The notes under the pieces: generated by a model | Databases searched by the model: none | What the model was told of the DNA's origin: nothing | The model's input: only the letters and a program-made list of their open reading frames with translations | Source: Thermoanaerobaculia bacterium | GTDB taxonomy: Bacteria; Acidobacteriota; Thermoanaerobaculia; UBA5066 | Assembly (NCBI GenBank): GCA_963816185.1 | Contig: CAWFJJ010000005.1 | Span: forward strand, 1 to 64,000 | Direction: 5' to 3' | DNA: 64,000 nt | Part shown: piece after piece, positions 62,309 to 64,000 of the stretch | Layout of the letters: every line of letters begins with the position of its first letter | Position numbering within the stretch: position 1 is the first letter of the stretch | Position numbers and translations under genes: made by a program

Positions 62309-63364
62309 GTGAGCGCGGCGTCGCCGGTCCCGCCGTTCACGCCCGACGGCGTTCTCGCGGAGCCTCTCGCTCCCGGGGCGGAGCTCCGCCGCCTCGTCGT
62401 CATCCGCCTGCACGCGTTCGGGGACACGGCCATCACGTTTCCGCTTCTCGCCGCGTTGAAGAGACGTCGCCCGTCCCTTCGCCTCGACGTCGTGACGGAC
62501 GTGAGGTCGAAGGAGCTCTTCGAGGCCCATCGTGACGTCGACGGCGTTTACGCGTTCGAGACGCGCCGGCGGCGCCTTCCGAAGGGGCTCGCGATCCTCC
62601 GGACCGCGGCCGCGCTCCGGAGGCACGCCGTCCCCGCGGTGCTCGACCTTCAGAGGAACCGCTGGTCGCGTTTCCTGACGCGGCTCGTCGCCCCGGGCGC
62701 GTGGGCCGGCTTCGACCGGCACGCGCCACGGACCGCCCTCACGCGCTATCGCGACGCGGCAGAGGCGCTCGGCCTCGGGCGCCCCGAGCCCGTCTTCGCG
62801 CCGCATGCGCGAGAGGAGCTGCTGAGCGCCGCACGCACACGGCTCGGCTCCCTGGGATGGAACGGAAGTCGCCCGCTCGTCTGTCTGAATCCCGCGGGCG
62901 GCTGGGAGACGAAGCAGTGGCCGCTCGAGCGCTGGGTCGACCTGGGACGACGCCTCGAAGGGCGGGGCTGCCAGCTCGTGACTCTCGCCGCCGCGCCCGT
63001 GCCGCCGCGTTTTACCGCCCTCTGCGCGGCGCTCGGCGCGAGCCTTTTCGATCTCGCCGGAGCCACGACGCCCGGCGAGGCGCTCGCGCTCGTCGCGCTC
63101 GCCTCCCTCGTCGTGAGCGAGGACTCCGGACTCATGCACCTCGCGTGGGTCCAGGGAATTCCGACGCTCGCCCTCTTCGGCTCGTCGCGCTCGACGTGGA
63201 GCCGGCCGGAAGGCCCGGGCACGGACGGGTTCTACAGCGAAGACCTCTCCTGCGGGGCGTGCATGCAGCCGGCCTGTGCCCGCGGGGACCTGCTTTGTCT
63301 GATGCGCGTCTCGGTCGAAGAGGTCGACGCGCACGCCGCATCGCTGATGCGCGCCACCCCGTGA
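62309..63364 (+). CDS. glycosyltransferase family 9 (heptosyltransferase-like)
   Basis: RLHAFGD, NPAGGWETKQWP, EDSGLMHLA, LFGS, CGAC..C. Confidence 0.88.
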   Translation: MSAASPVPPFTPDGVLAEPLAPGAELRRLVVIRLHAFGDTAITFPLLAALKRRRPSLRLDVVTDVRSKELFEAHRDVDGVYAFETRRRRLPKGLAILRTAAALRRHAVPAVLDLQRNRWSRFLTRLVAPGAWAGFDRHAPRTALTRYRDAAEALGLGRPEPVFAPHAREELLSAARTRLGSLGWNGSRPLVCLNPAGGWETKQWPLERWVDLGRRLEGRGCQLVTLAAAPVPPRFTALCAALGASLFDLAGATTPGEALALVALASLVVSEDSGLMHLAWVQGIPTLALFGSSRSTWSRPEGPGTDGFYSEDLSCGACMQPACARGDLLCLMRVSVEEVDAHAASLMRATP

Positions 63365-63377
63365 TGAACGACTCTTC

Positions 63378-64000
63378 CTAGCCCCTTCCGGCGAGCCGTC
63401 TTGCCGCGGCCCGGACCCGTGCCCCGAGGGTGCGAGCGCGCGGGAGGACGCGCGGGATATGCAGCGAGCCCCGCGTGAGCCCTTCCCGCGCGAGAAGGTC
63501 CGCGACCACACGGTCTGACCTTTCGAGGGACGCGGCGAGCCGTTGGAACGCCTTCCGATCGCCGATCGCCGCGAGCGCCGTGCGGAGCTCCTCGGGGGTC
63601 GCGCTTCCCGTGAGGTGCGTGTCGCCGTAAGGTGCCGCGAAAAGCGCCGGGTCGCGCGCCACCGCGTAGGGTGCTCCGAAGACGGCGCGGAAGAGCGCGC
63701 CGAGCAGGATGTTGTCGTACGCGCCCGCGGCGAAGTCCGGCTTCTCCGCGAGAAGCGTCTCGAAGCGCGGGCCGAGGACGCCGCCGGACACTTCGCGCGC
63801 GATCCGGATCGCCGTGGCGAAGCTGAAGTCCGCGAGGCGCGGGGCCGAAGACGCGGGAGACACGTCGACGATTCTCTTGCCGCGCGCGCGCACGGCTATC
63901 GCGGCGCGCTCTCCCGGCTGGCGGTAGACGGCGTGCGGCCATCTCTCGAGCGCCTCGAACGACGGCGCGAGGACGGGTGCGGTCAGCGTCCGATACACCT
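63378..64000 (-). CDS. hypothetical protein, 3' part (starts beyond the window)
   Basis: Open frame with host-like codon usage; no motif recognised. Confidence 0.5.
   Translation of the reverse strand, partial: VYRTLTAPVLAPSFEALERWPHAVYRQPGERAAIAVRARGKRIVDVSPASSAPRLADFSFATAIRIAREVSGGVLGPRFETLLAEKPDFAAGAYDNILLGALFRAVFGAPYAVARDPALFAAPYGDTHLTGSATPEELRTALAAIGDRKAFQRLAASLERSDRVVADLLAREGLTRGSLHIPRVLPRARTLGARVRAAARRLAGRG

Noticed and set aside
59816-63511. 1231-aa ORF
   Set aside because: Only the part from 61114 down is a real SGNH gene; the rest overlaps GT4 out of frame and GT9 antisense in GC-rich DNA.
25000-64000. Numerous long Arg/Ala/Pro-rich overlapping ORFs
   Set aside because: Expected shadow frames in very high-GC sequence; no motifs.
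1-64000. CRISPR array, IS/transposase, integrase, rRNA, reverse transcriptase
   Set aside because: No regularly spaced repeat-spacer array or diagnostic motifs seen.

Overview
A mosaic 64-kb window with four parts. (1) 1-2514: the right end of a decayed prophage (HK97-type major capsid gene, BR0599/DUF2163-type tail gene). It ends at a duplicated 3' half of tRNA-Phe with triple TGGTCAC repeats, and a degenerate tRNA-Asp follows at 2974-3050. (2) ~2515-18780: a visibly lower-GC island with two-component regulators, a beta-propeller sensor kinase, a cytochrome P460-like gene and small hydrolases/oxidoreductases; several promoters share a repeated operator-like motif. (3) ~18780-24822: after an abrupt head-to-head junction of two 5'-truncated genes comes an operon of radical SAM/SPASM enzyme + LodA-motif/ferritin-like fusion + heme peroxidase, then a sedolisin. 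(4) ~25100-64000: very GC-rich chromosome whose gene content suggests Acidobacteriota (Thermoanaerobaculia-like; inference). It holds an acyl-CoA catabolic operon, Ser/Thr kinases, an ECF sigma/ZAS-TPR/small peptide/histidine kinase module, large secreted proteins and glycosyltransferases. The two best candidates for undescribed systems are the rSAM/CTQ-motif-ferritin/peroxidase operon and the ECF-TPR-peptide module with an unannotated 37-aa ORF. Many genes carry single-base frameshifts, probably sequencing indels. All assignments are by eye from motifs; no searches were run.
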